NCBI GenBank assembly: GCA_018266105.1
Contig: JAFEBA010000015.1
Coordinates: 472 to 64,471, forward strand
Length of the DNA: 64,000 bases
Origin: a bacterium
Lineage (GTDB): Bacteria; Vulcanimicrobiota; Xenobia; Xenobiales; JADMJV01
Direction: 5' to 3'
Shown: one piece after another, positions 45,794 through 54,693 of the stretch
Layout of the letters: every line of letters begins with the position of its first letter
Numbering within the stretch: the stretch's first letter is position 1
Notes under the pieces: model-generated
What the model was told of the DNA's origin: nothing
The model's database searches: none
Seen by the model: the letters and a program-made list of their open reading frames with translations, nothing else
Made by a program: the position numbers and the translations under genes

Positions 45794-46381
45794 ATGGCCC
45801 AAATTCCCGCTGCCCGCCGAAACGTCTATTTGGTGGGCTTTATGGCCACTGGCAAGACGACCATTGGACGCGAGCTGGCTCGCTTGATGGGAAGAAAATT
45901 TGTCGATGTGGATCAAGAAATCGAAAGACGATTTGAGTTGACAGTTGCTGAGATTTTTGCTCAGCACGGTGAGAAGACCTTTCGTCAGGCGGAAGAGGAT
46001 GTGGCCCTCGAGTTGGCTGCCGAGACCAACCGCATTATTGCCACCGGCGGGGGAACCATCCTCAATCCTAAGATTTTCACCACCTTTGAGACCACAGGGA
46101 TGCTGGTTTGCCTTTACACTCAACAAGATGATCTGGTCAATCGCATTCAGCGCACGGATAAGCGCCCTTTGATGAAGGGGCAAAGTGAAGACCAGGTGCG
46201 CGAGCGGGTCGAGCGCATGTTGGAAGAGCGGTCCGCTGTTTACAATAAGGTCCCGGTTCGTATCGATACGACCAATTTGACTCCGCTGTCGGCCGCCAAG
46301 AAAATCCACGATGTGGTTTCGGTGCGCAGCCGGGTGCAAAAAGTGCGCGACGCTCTGGGCGGCGTGCTGGACGTGACCTAG
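45794..46381 (+). CDS. aroK: Shikimate kinase.
   Basis: Walker A VYLVGFMATGKTTIGRELA, then DQEIERR...GE..FR, typical of AroK. Confidence 0.85.
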   Translation: MAQIPAARRNVYLVGFMATGKTTIGRELARLMGRKFVDVDQEIERRFELTVAEIFAQHGEKTFRQAEEDVALELAAETNRIIATGGGTILNPKIFTTFETTGMLVCLYTQQDDLVNRIQRTDKRPLMKGQSEDQVRERVERMLEERSAVYNKVPVRIDTTNLTPLSAAKKIHDVVSVRSRVQKVRDALGGVLDVT

Positions 46382-47181
46382 AGGCTGGCCTTCAGTGCTG
46401 CCAGCATCGGTTGGGGCTCGGGTTTGTCGCCGGTCCACCACTCGATGGCTCGAATGGCTTGATGCACCAGCATTCCGCATCCGTCCAGGATCAGCGCTCC
46501 CTTGTCGGCTGCCTGACGTAACCAGAGGGTAGGACTGGGGTTGTAGATCAAATCGCAGGCGATCAAGCCAGGGGGCAGGCGTTCCGGCCAGGCTTGGGGC
46601 AGTTCCTCGGTCTGGGGCCACATGCCCAGCGAGGTGGTCTGAACCACCAGGCAATTGGCCTCCAATTCGTCCGGGAAATGCTCGCCCAGGCGCTCTCCCG
46701 GTTGAAGCAGAGCCCGGGCGCGTTCCGGAGTGCGATTGAAAATGACGATCTCCCTGGCCCCCTGGGAGCGCAAGACGTACAGAATCGCCCGGCAGGCGCC
46801 GCCTGCCCCCAGCACCAGCGCTTTGCGGCCTTTGATCTCGGCGTTGAGTTCCTCTTGGAAGCTATCCAGCCAGCCCTGGGCATCGGTATTGTGACCTTCC
46901 CAGCCAAGCGGTCCGGGTCTCAGGCAATTGATGGCGCCCACCGCCCTGGCCTGTTGGGAGGGTGTGCAAACCTGAAAGGCCGCTTCTTTCAGAGGCAGGG
47001 TCAAATTGATTCCGAGAAGATTCGGCCCGTTTAGCGCCTCGAGAGTCTCGGCCAGTTGTTCCGGCCGCACCTCGCGTTTCTCAAAATGCCAGGGCCGGCC
47101 CAGTTGAGCGTAGGCGGCTTGATGCAGTTGGGGAGAACGCGAGTGGGCGACCGGGCTGCCCAGCAGGTAGGCGGTTTTCAG
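46378..47181 (-). CDS. aroE: Shikimate dehydrogenase with a proposed non-canonical CTG start.
   Basis: The ORF from the first canonical start (GTG at 47070) lacks the conserved AroE N-terminus. The same frame upstream, with no intervening stop, encodes KTAYLLGSPVAHSRSPQLHQAAYAQLG, matching the AroE substrate-binding motif (G.PI.HS.SP..H). The only start-like codon is a CTG overlapping the dapA TGA stop (CTGA). From that codon the product is 267 aa, the canonical size. Confidence 0.6.
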   Translation of the reverse strand: MKTAYLLGSPVAHSRSPQLHQAAYAQLGRPWHFEKREVRPEQLAETLEALNGPNLLGINLTLPLKEAAFQVCTPSQQARAVGAINCLRPGPLGWEGHNTDAQGWLDSFQEELNAEIKGRKALVLGAGGACRAILYVLRSQGAREIVIFNRTPERARALLQPGERLGEHFPDELEANCLVVQTTSLGMWPQTEELPQAWPERLPPGLIACDLIYNPSPTLWLRQAADKGALILDGCGMLVHQAIRAIEWWTGDKPEPQPMLAALKASL

Positions 47182-48083
47182 TGTGCGCCCGCCAGCACGC
47201 CGGCCTGCTCCAGCAACGGCTTGAGGGTTGCGACCTCGGAATCGCTGGCGCCATAAAGGGGAGCGCGCACGCCGCCCACCGGAAAGCCCACCAGTTCCAG
47301 GGCGGCTTTGACCAGCACCGGATTGGTGGTTGCGAACAGCCCCTTGAGCAGGGGGAAGATTCTCAGGTGGATGGCTCGGGCTTCATTGATTCGGCCGGCC
47401 TCAAAATGTTCGATCATCTCGCGCATCTGGGGTCCCACCACGTGACCGGCCACGCTCACCACGCCCACGCCTCCGGCCGAGAGGATCGAAAGCGTATGAG
47501 TATCGTCCCCTGAGTAGATGTACATGGACTCAGGCTTGTGACTGATACGAGCGGCTAGATCGCTGACCGGGTCCACATCCGGCAAGGACTGTTTGACGGC
47601 CACGATGCGGGGGTGTTCGGCCAATTTGGCCAGCGTCTCTGGAGCGATTTCCACGGCCGTGCGGCCCGGGATATTGTAGAGCATGATCGGCAGGCTGGTG
47701 GCTTCGGCGACCTCCAGGAAGTGGCGGCGCTGCATGTCCTGGGTGGGCTTATTGTAGTAAGGGGAGACCAGCAGCAGTGCATCGGCTCCACAATCGGCGG
47801 CCGCTTTGGAGAGTTCGATGGTGGAACGGGTGTCGTTGCTGCCGGTTCCCGCAATGACTTTGGCCGAGGCTGGCAGAACCTCGCGCACACCTTTGAAGAG
47901 AGCCTTCTTTTCGTCCTTGGTCAAAGTCGGGCTCTCGCCAGTGGTGCCGCACACCACCAGACTGTCGTTGCCTTGCTCGATCAGGCGCCTGGCCAGTTCC
48001 TTGGATCGATCTAAATCCAGATCCAGATTATCCTTGAAGGCTGTGACCATGGCGGTGACGACTCGACCAAAGGGTGGACGCAT
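47178..48083 (-). CDS. dapA: 4-hydroxy-tetrahydrodipicolinate synthase.
   Basis: TAMVTAF...GTTGES..L and the Schiff-base lysine region (YNIPGRT) are typical of DapA. Confidence 0.9.
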   Translation of the reverse strand: MRPPFGRVVTAMVTAFKDNLDLDLDRSKELARRLIEQGNDSLVVCGTTGESPTLTKDEKKALFKGVREVLPASAKVIAGTGSNDTRSTIELSKAAADCGADALLLVSPYYNKPTQDMQRRHFLEVAEATSLPIMLYNIPGRTAVEIAPETLAKLAEHPRIVAVKQSLPDVDPVSDLAARISHKPESMYIYSGDDTHTLSILSAGGVGVVSVAGHVVGPQMREMIEHFEAGRINEARAIHLRIFPLLKGLFATTNPVLVKAALELVGFPVGGVRAPLYGASDSEVATLKPLLEQAGVLAGAH

Positions 48084-48087
48084 TGAG

Positions 48088-48510
48088 TTACTCCTCGCGA
48101 TTTTTTGCCGTGCTCTCTTCGCAGGCCACCGCGGGGGTGCCTGCGGCCTCGGCCAGGACTTCAGAAAAGGCGGGGGTTTCCACGGGCGGAGCCTTGGATG
48201 TGAAGGCGGTTGCGGCCTTTCTTTTCTTGGAAGCGGCCGTGGGTCTGGGCTTGATGCCGATGCCCCAGATGGTTCCGGCGGTGGCCAGGGTGGGGGTGAG
48301 AAGCAGATTGAAGCCCAGTGTGTAGATGCCCAGGCGATAAGGGCCGGGGGCCAGCCAGCTGCACAGCAGCGCCAGGCTGCAGGCCAGCAAACACCCCAGC
48401 GCTCCGCCCCTCAGCCCCTGGTACAGGCCCCTGCCTCGTTCCGGCCGCCAGTAGCGACTGAAGTAAAGCAGGTTGGCCATGACCACGGCCGTGGCCAGCA
48501 CTTTGAACAT
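48088..48510 (-). CDS. Small hypothetical membrane protein (3-4 TM helices).
   Basis: Hydrophobic segments throughout. Its stop lies 5 nt upstream of dapA (same strand), consistent with co-transcription. No homology recognised. Confidence 0.4.
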   Translation of the reverse strand: MFKVLATAVVMANLLYFSRYWRPERGRGLYQGLRGGALGCLLACSLALLCSWLAPGPYRLGIYTLGFNLLLTPTLATAGTIWGIGIKPRPTAASKKRKAATAFTSKAPPVETPAFSEVLAEAAGTPAVACEESTAKNREE

Positions 48511-48609
48511 CCTTTCTTAATTAGGGATTCAGGCGGGCTGGCCTGCCTGCGGCAGCAGGAAAGCTCAAGTCGAGTGCCAATAGTTGAATAACTTTCAATT
48601 CATTGGAGG

Positions 48610-49095
48610 TTGTTCATGAAGCGGTTGCTGGTTTTGATGCTGCTCCCGGCTTTGAGCTTGGCTCAGCCCCTGACCCCTCCCCGGCCCTACGCGGGCGGCG
48701 ACTATTGGGTGCGAAACGAGAATACCTGGTCTGAGTGGGAGGTTGTGAGCGCCGAGTTGACCGGGCATCTCAGTCCGGCCTGGCCGGTCAACGACGAGGA
48801 GCCGGGCGCCCTCTTGAATCTGGACTGGCGTATGGGCGGTTGGCCGGTGGTCATCAAATTCCCTAAAGGACAGCGTCTCAAGGCGCGCCCTGACTCGGTC
48901 GGCGGTAGTATGTGGAAAGATTTTGACGGAAACACCTGGCTGCGGGTGCAGACGGGGGAGAATCAGTTCTGCTTCGTTCGCGCCAATTCGCGTTTTCTCA
49001 AGCCGGTACCGCCGACCCCCTCTGCAGCCCTGAGTGCCCCGGTGGTTCCCATCAGCAACAGCCAGGATGCTTCGCAGCCTGCCGCCGAGCCTTGA
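48610..49095 (+). CDS. Secreted hypothetical protein.
   Basis: Signal peptide MFMKRLLVLMLLPALSLA. No recognisable domain. Confidence 0.4.
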   Translation: MFMKRLLVLMLLPALSLAQPLTPPRPYAGGDYWVRNENTWSEWEVVSAELTGHLSPAWPVNDEEPGALLNLDWRMGGWPVVIKFPKGQRLKARPDSVGGSMWKDFDGNTWLRVQTGENQFCFVRANSRFLKPVPPTPSAALSAPVVPISNSQDASQPAAEP

Positions 49096-49114
49096 TTGAA
49101 TCTTGAAAGCGGCC

Positions 49115-49669
49115 TTACTTGGCCAGTTCGAAGGACTTGACCAGGGCCAGGAAGGTGTTTTTGTTGGCGTCGTAGACCTCGGGGTCAGCCGTAAAGACAA
49201 GTGAGTAGAGCACCTTGCTCTTGGTGAAAATTTGCACCTGCATCCCTTTTTGCTTGGGGTGTTCGATGCTGCCGTCCTCGAGTTCGTATTCCATGTGGTA
49301 GGCGTTATCTTTGTCGGGTTCGTCCAGTTTGTGCTCGTACCACTGCTTGACGATTTTGCCTTTCCGCGAAAAGACCGCGTTGGCCAGTTGGTTCATGAAT
49401 TCTTGCGTTTGCGGCATATTGTCGCTGACGGTCACGGCGATATGACCGTATCCTTGGGGCGGGGTAAAGACCACCGCCGCCTTCTCGCCCTTGGCGTCGG
49501 GCGAATCCTCTTCTTTGACGGCCCAGTCTTTGGGTGGGGTCAGCGAGACCTTGTGCTTGTAGATCGTGTAAGTCTTGACATCGCTGACTGCGGCCGGTTT
49601 GCCGCAACCCCCCATAAGTAAGGTGGAAGCCAACAAAAGCAGAACTCCACTCTTGAAAATCCTTCTCAT
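49115..49669 (-). CDS. Hypothetical lipoprotein.
   Basis: Signal peptide with lipobox LLMGGC. Lys/Glu-rich mature domain. Confidence 0.5.
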   Translation of the reverse strand: MRRIFKSGVLLLLASTLLMGGCGKPAAVSDVKTYTIYKHKVSLTPPKDWAVKEEDSPDAKGEKAAVVFTPPQGYGHIAVTVSDNMPQTQEFMNQLANAVFSRKGKIVKQWYEHKLDEPDKDNAYHMEYELEDGSIEHPKQKGMQVQIFTKSKVLYSLVFTADPEVYDANKNTFLALVKSFELAK

Positions 49670-49739
49670 CCCGCGCCTTTCTTTCTGGCAGGTTGTTCAA
49701 CCTGCAGGAACCCGTAAAACCCCTTGGAATGGGCCGATC

Positions 49740-50255
49740 ATGATTATCGACTACGCCGGACATAGCCCGGAAGTCTTCCCCGACGTTTTTCTGGCTCCCC
49801 AGAGCGTGCTGATTGGTCAGGTGCGACTGGCTTCACAGTGTTCGGTCTGGTTCAACGCCGTGCTCCGGGGCGATAATGATGAAATTTCCATTGGCGCTCG
49901 CACCAACCTGCAAGAGAACGTGATTTGCCACGTGGATTCCGGTTTTCCCCTGAAAGTGGGGGAAGATTGCGTCATCGGCCACGCCGCCGTGCTGCACGGC
50001 TGCACCCTGGGTAACCGCGTGCTGATTGGCATCGGAGCCAAGGTCCTGAACGGGGCGGTGATCGAAGACGAGGTGGTGGTGGGAGCGGGTTCGTTGGTGC
50101 CGGAAGGCGCTCGCCTGCAAAGCGGGTATCTCTATTTGGGAGTTCCGGTCAAGCAGGTGCGCCTGCTGCGGGCGGACGAGCTTCAGCGTCTGACGCGCGG
50201 GGCCGCCCACTATGTGGAAAAAGGCGAACGCTATCGCCTGATGTTGCAAGGATAA
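49740..50255 (+). CDS. Gamma-class carbonic anhydrase family protein (hexapeptide-repeat, left-handed beta-helix).
   Basis: Hexapeptide repeats with conserved His residues (ICHVD, IGHAAVLHGC). 171 aa from the ATG at 49740; the track ORF starts upstream at 49575. Confidence 0.75.
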   Translation: MIIDYAGHSPEVFPDVFLAPQSVLIGQVRLASQCSVWFNAVLRGDNDEISIGARTNLQENVICHVDSGFPLKVGEDCVIGHAAVLHGCTLGNRVLIGIGAKVLNGAVIEDEVVVGAGSLVPEGARLQSGYLYLGVPVKQVRLLRADELQRLTRGAAHYVEKGERYRLMLQG

Positions 50256-50266
50256 GGAAGGCCCCT

Positions 50267-51265
50267 ATGAGCTACAGCGTTGCCGTCGTCGGCGCCACCG
50301 GAGCCGTCGGCTCCACCATGATCACCTCTCTGCAGGAGCAGAAGTTTCCCGTTTCCCAACTACACCTGCTGGCCACGGCCCGCAGCGCAGGCAACGAGTA
50401 TCACTGGAACGGTCAGGCGCTGAAGGTTCAGGACATCGAGACCTTCGATTGGACTGGAGTGCAGGTTGCTCTCTTCGCGGGCGGCGAGATCGCGTCTGAG
50501 AAATTGGTGCCCAAAGCTCGGGCGGCAGGGGCGGTCTCCATCGACAATAGCGCCAGTTTCAGGATGCATGCGGATGTTCCGCTGGTGGTTCCCGAGGTGA
50601 ATCCCGAGGCTCTGCGTCGACATCAGAAAATCGTGGCCAATCCGAACTGCTCCACCATTCAGATGGTGGCCGCCCTCAAGCCCTTTCTGGATCTGGGCCT
50701 GAAGCGCGTGACGGTATCCACCTATCAGTCGGTTTCGGGAACGGGTAAGGATGCCATCGAAGAGCTGGAAAACCTGACCAGGGCCTGGGCCCGCGGTGAG
50801 AAGGCCGAACACAAGGTCTATCCCGCTCCCATCGCCTTTAACTGTCTGCCGCAGATCGGTAGCTTCCTGGAAGACGGTTTCACCGGGGAGGAGCGCAAAA
50901 TGATGGAGGAGACGCGCAAGATTTTGGACCTGCCCGACCTGCGCATCAGCGCGACCTGTGTGCGCGTCCCCGTCTTCTATGGGCATTCTGAATCGGTTCA
51001 CCTGGAACTGGATAAGCCTTGCAGCGTGGCTGAAGCCGAAGAGAGGCTGAGGAGTATGCCCGGTGTGCAGGTGCAAAAGGCCGGTCCCGGTCCAACCCCT
51101 CTTCAGGCCGCCCATCAAGATGACGTGCTTGTGGGTCGCATTCGCAAGGACCCTTCGGTAGAGAACGGACTTCAGTTCTGGGTGGTGGCTGACAATCTGC
51201 GCAAGGGCGCGGCCTCGAATGCCGTTCAGATCGCCTGCAAGATGTTGGAGATGAAGCTGCTGTGA
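50267..51265 (+). CDS. asd: Aspartate-semialdehyde dehydrogenase.
   Basis: VAVVGATGAVG NAD-binding motif. Active-site region NPNCSTIQMV. C-terminal dimerisation domain. Confidence 0.9.
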   Translation: MSYSVAVVGATGAVGSTMITSLQEQKFPVSQLHLLATARSAGNEYHWNGQALKVQDIETFDWTGVQVALFAGGEIASEKLVPKARAAGAVSIDNSASFRMHADVPLVVPEVNPEALRRHQKIVANPNCSTIQMVAALKPFLDLGLKRVTVSTYQSVSGTGKDAIEELENLTRAWARGEKAEHKVYPAPIAFNCLPQIGSFLEDGFTGEERKMMEETRKILDLPDLRISATCVRVPVFYGHSESVHLELDKPCSVAEAEERLRSMPGVQVQKAGPGPTPLQAAHQDDVLVGRIRKDPSVENGLQFWVVADNLRKGAASNAVQIACKMLEMKLL

Positions 51266-52467
51266 ACATCATTGTGCAAAAATTCGGCGGCACCTCAGTG
51301 GCCACCGCTGAGGGTCGCCAGCGCGTGGCCGATAAGGTGATTGAGGCTCTCAACAAGGGGCTTTCGCCGGTGGTGGTGGTCTCAGCTATGGGCCGTCATC
51401 CGGAGCCTTACGCCACTGACTCTTTGCTCTCGTTGGTGGGCGCCTATCAACCCTATCAGGACAAGCGCGAACTGGATCTGCTGATGGCCTGCGGCGAGAC
51501 GATCTCCACCGTGGTGATGGCTCACCACCTGCGCAGTCTAGGCTATCAGGCCGAAGCCTTTGACGCCTACCACGCCGGCATTCGCTGTACTGATGTGCAC
51601 GGCGACGGCCAGGTGTTGCGGGTGGTCACCGACAACCTGATGGCCAGCTTGCGAGCCGGCAATGTGCCGGTGGTCACCGGGTTTCAGGGCGTCAACAGTC
51701 AGCTCTGTGTCACCACCCTGGGTCGCGGCGGCAGCGATACCAGCGCTGTGGTGCTGGGAGCGGCTCTGAAGGCTCAGGTGGTTGAGATTTATACGGATGT
51801 GGACGGAGTGATGACGGCCGACCCGCGAGTGTGTGATCGAGCTCAGATTCTCTCCCAGGTCAGCTTCGAAGAAATGGGTGAGCTGGCCGGCGAGGGCGCC
51901 AAGGTGGTGCATCCGCGGGCTGTGGATCTGGGGGCCGACCACAACGTTCCGGTCTGGGTCAAAAATACATTCGGTAATGCCTACGGCACCTTGCTTTCAC
52001 CCGTTCCGCCCCCGCAGGCGATCGAAAAGACCAGGGTGGTTACGGCCGTGGCTCACATGATCGGGCTTTCTCAGGCGCGCATCGACTTTCAGGGCGACCA
52101 CATTATGGAGGAGCGCAATCGAGTTATGCAGGCGATGTCCGAGCGCGGCATCAACCTGGATTTGGTCAATGTTTGCGGTCCGCAGATGTATTTTATCTTC
52201 CGTACTCAGTATCTGAGTCAGGCCGAGCAAGCCCTCAAGGAGCTGGGCTTCAGTTGCGAACTGCGCAATGACTGCGCCAAAATCTCTCTGGTGGGGGCGG
52301 GCATGCGTGGCACGCCCGGTGTTGCCTATCGAGCTCACCGCTGTCTCTCCGAGGCGGGTGTCGAGGTCTATCACAGCACCGACTCGAACATCACCATCAG
52401 TTGCTTGATTCCGGCCGACAAGCTGCGGGCAGCAATTGAAGCTGTGCATAAGGAGTTCTCCTTGTGA
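51262..52467 (+). CDS. lysC: Aspartate kinase (monofunctional, with C-terminal ACT domains).
   Basis: IVQKFGGTSV, TGFQG, and ACT repeats. The start overlaps the asd stop (ATGA). Confidence 0.9.
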   Translation: MNIIVQKFGGTSVATAEGRQRVADKVIEALNKGLSPVVVVSAMGRHPEPYATDSLLSLVGAYQPYQDKRELDLLMACGETISTVVMAHHLRSLGYQAEAFDAYHAGIRCTDVHGDGQVLRVVTDNLMASLRAGNVPVVTGFQGVNSQLCVTTLGRGGSDTSAVVLGAALKAQVVEIYTDVDGVMTADPRVCDRAQILSQVSFEEMGELAGEGAKVVHPRAVDLGADHNVPVWVKNTFGNAYGTLLSPVPPPQAIEKTRVVTAVAHMIGLSQARIDFQGDHIMEERNRVMQAMSERGINLDLVNVCGPQMYFIFRTQYLSQAEQALKELGFSCELRNDCAKISLVGAGMRGTPGVAYRAHRCLSEAGVEVYHSTDSNITISCLIPADKLRAAIEAVHKEFSL

Positions 52468-52949
52468 GGGGCTGGTTGCTGCTGGTTCTGCTCTTTTGGG
52501 TGGTCCCGGCTGGAGCTGAGCCGGTCGCCAAGAAACTTTGGGTGGCCAGAGCCAGGCAGGGCTGGGTTCACTCCACAGGGGTGTGGCTCAAGCCTCCGGC
52601 TGGCGCTAAAGTGAGCTGTCAGGACGACGGTCTGCACATTGAGACCGAGGAGTATCTGGTCCAGCTCTTCGCCTACCCTTCCGAAGTGGATGCTCAGGCT
52701 ATGATGGAGGCCACCCGGGATGCTTCCGAGCGGACGTTTCCGGGCTTAAAGTTCGGCACTGTCCAGGAATACGAGAAGGACGGTGGGGTCAAGGCTTTTG
52801 CCCAAGAGGGCACTTCCGATTCAATCGGCTTCCTGCTGGTTCGTATCAAGCGCACTCCGTCCAATCTTGTGTTGTTTTCGGTGATGAAGAGCAAGCAGGC
52901 CCAGGAGGCCACTCTTTCGATCATGTCCTCGCTCAGGTATCCGAAGTAA
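52464..52949 (+). CDS. Secreted hypothetical protein.
   Basis: Signal peptide MRGWLLLVLLFWVVPAGA. Overlaps the lysC stop (GTGA). No recognised domain. Confidence 0.4.
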   Translation: MRGWLLLVLLFWVVPAGAEPVAKKLWVARARQGWVHSTGVWLKPPAGAKVSCQDDGLHIETEEYLVQLFAYPSEVDAQAMMEATRDASERTFPGLKFGTVQEYEKDGGVKAFAQEGTSDSIGFLLVRIKRTPSNLVLFSVMKSKQAQEATLSIMSSLRYPK

Positions 52950-53559
52950 GGCTGCAGGTCAGCAGAGTGTGGCTGTAGGGGATGTGCAGCAGGTTATGGC
53001 GGCACTCGGCCTGGACCTGTGCGAATCGCTGTCCGGCCAGGCTCTGGTAGCCCTGCAGGTCTCGTACATTCTGCCCGCGGTCTCGTGAAATCAGCCAGCG
53101 AGCCAGCGGATGTTGATCCGGGGACCAGCAGCAATCTACCGTGAGCAGGCGACCTCCTGGCTTGAGCAGCTGGACGGCCAGCTCAAACAAGCGGACCGCC
53201 GCCTGGTCGTCGAGGTGGTGGAGCAGGCCCACGGCCAGAATGCAGTCGAACGCTCCCAGGTCGAGGGCCGTGTCCGCCCTTAGTTCCGCTTGGAAGAAAC
53301 GACCGCGCTGCCCGAATCGCGCCCTGGCGGCCTGGATGTACTCTTCGCTGGAGTCAAAGCCGACGTAGTCAACTCCTGGTAGGTGAGCCAGCAAGTCGGC
53401 CGGACCGCATCCGATATCCAGCACCCGCAGCCCGGCCCGGGGGGCCACGCGGGCGGCGATGTGGCGTCGCAGGCGCTCGGCTCCCACCAGCCACTGCATG
53501 GCCTGGTAGATCAGAGGATGATTGAGCACGGCACGCAGGCCGGAAGTGATTTCAGCCAT
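52933..53559 (-). CDS. Class I SAM-dependent methyltransferase.
   Basis: Motif I LRVLDIGCGPADLL, plus post-I/II acidic residues. Confidence 0.75.
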   Translation of the reverse strand: MAEITSGLRAVLNHPLIYQAMQWLVGAERLRRHIAARVAPRAGLRVLDIGCGPADLLAHLPGVDYVGFDSSEEYIQAARARFGQRGRFFQAELRADTALDLGAFDCILAVGLLHHLDDQAAVRLFELAVQLLKPGGRLLTVDCCWSPDQHPLARWLISRDRGQNVRDLQGYQSLAGQRFAQVQAECRHNLLHIPYSHTLLTCSLTSDT

Positions 53560-53560
53560 G

Positions 53561-53586
53561 AAAAAAGGGCCTTGAGGGCCCTGATT
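53561..53586 (-). terminator. Rho-independent terminator downstream of acpP.
   Basis: On the minus strand AGGGCC-ctca-AGGCCCT is followed by TTTTTT. Confidence 0.55.
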
Positions 53587-53605
53587 TCTTCATCAAGGTC
53601 GGCTT

Positions 53606-53848
53606 TTAGCCGCCCGCGATGCGCTTTTCGATGTAGGTAACAGCTTCCTTGACGTTGGTGATGCCCGAGGCGTCTTCGTCAGGAATCTCGATTTTGAACT
53701 CGGTCTCGAAGGCCATGACCATTTCCACGGTGTCGAGCGAGTCGGCTCCCAGGTCTTCCTGGAAAGAGGCGGTTTCGGTAACCTGCTCCTCTTCCACTCC
53801 GAGCTGCTCCATAACAATCTTCTTAACGCGTTCTGCAACTTGTGCCAT
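53606..53848 (-). CDS. acpP: Acyl carrier protein.
   Basis: 80 aa. The [11 protein letters not shown] phosphopantetheine-attachment motif is present. Confidence 0.95.
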   Translation of the reverse strand: MAQVAERVKKIVMEQLGVEEEQVTETASFQEDLGADSLDTVEMVMAFETEFKIEIPDEDASGITNVKEAVTYIEKRIAGG

Positions 53849-53937
53849 TTTGAAATTCTCCTATGCGTGCCAGGTCCGGCCGCTTGCTAGTTCTGAGGTG
53901 GGGACCAGGGCTTGATAGCCTTTCAGTACCCGGAAAA

Positions 53938-54678
53938 TCAGGTGACCATTCCACCGTCTACATGAAATACCTGCCCCGTGATATAGCTGGATCCAGGGCC
54001 TGCCAGGAAGCGCACGAGAGGTGCGATATCGCCTGAATTCCCGATACGTCCGAGGGGTATTTGCGAGAGGATGGATTCCCGAACTTTTTCTGGCAGCACC
54101 GAGGTCATATCCGTTTCGACATAACCTGGTGCCACCGCATTCACGGTAATGGAGCGCGAGGCCAGTTCCTTGGCCAGCGATTTGACCAGGCCGATGGTGC
54201 CGGCCTTGGAGGCGGCATAGTTGGATTGGCCGGCGTTGCCAATCACGCCGATGACCGAACTGATCTGAATGATGCGCCCGGATTTCTGGCGGAGCATGAT
54301 TTTGGCAGCGGCCTTGCTGGACACGAAGGCGCTGCGCAGGTTGACCTGCATCACCTGATCCCAGTCTTCGTCCTTCATTTGAATGATGAGTTTGTCGCGG
54401 GTGATACCGGCATTGTTGACCAGAATGTCGAGTCGGCCCATCTGTTTGTGGGCTTCGCCGATGGCGGCCTCGAGTTGGGCGGCGTCGGCCACGTCGGCCG
54501 CGTAGCAATGAGCTGTGCCGCCGCCTTCCTGGATGGCCAGAGCTGTGGCCTGAAGGCCTTCCAGGCTGCGCGCCAGCAGGGCCACTTCGGCTCCCCCTCG
54601 GGCCAGTTCAGTGGCAATGGCCGCGCCGATCCCGCGGCTGGCCCCGGTCACCAGGGCCTTCTGTCCTTGTAGTTCCAT
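53938..54678 (-). CDS. fabG: 3-oxoacyl-[ACP] reductase.
   Basis: SDR motifs TGASRGIG, NNAG and YAASK. Confidence 0.9.
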   Translation of the reverse strand: MELQGQKALVTGASRGIGAAIATELARGGAEVALLARSLEGLQATALAIQEGGGTAHCYAADVADAAQLEAAIGEAHKQMGRLDILVNNAGITRDKLIIQMKDEDWDQVMQVNLRSAFVSSKAAAKIMLRQKSGRIIQISSVIGVIGNAGQSNYAASKAGTIGLVKSLAKELASRSITVNAVAPGYVETDMTSVLPEKVRESILSQIPLGRIGNSGDIAPLVRFLAGPGSSYITGQVFHVDGGMVT

Positions 54679-54693
54679 AGACTTCTCCAGTCG

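Noticed and set aside
45740-46654. A 304-aa minus-strand ORF overlapping aroK and aroE.
   Set aside because: It is antisense to or out of frame with two genes that have strong family signatures. Its composition is typical of spurious GC-rich ORFs.
47806-48591. A 261-aa plus-strand ORF antisense to dapA and the upstream membrane-protein gene.
   Set aside because: It has Gly/Ser/Arg-rich antisense composition and spans an intergenic junction.
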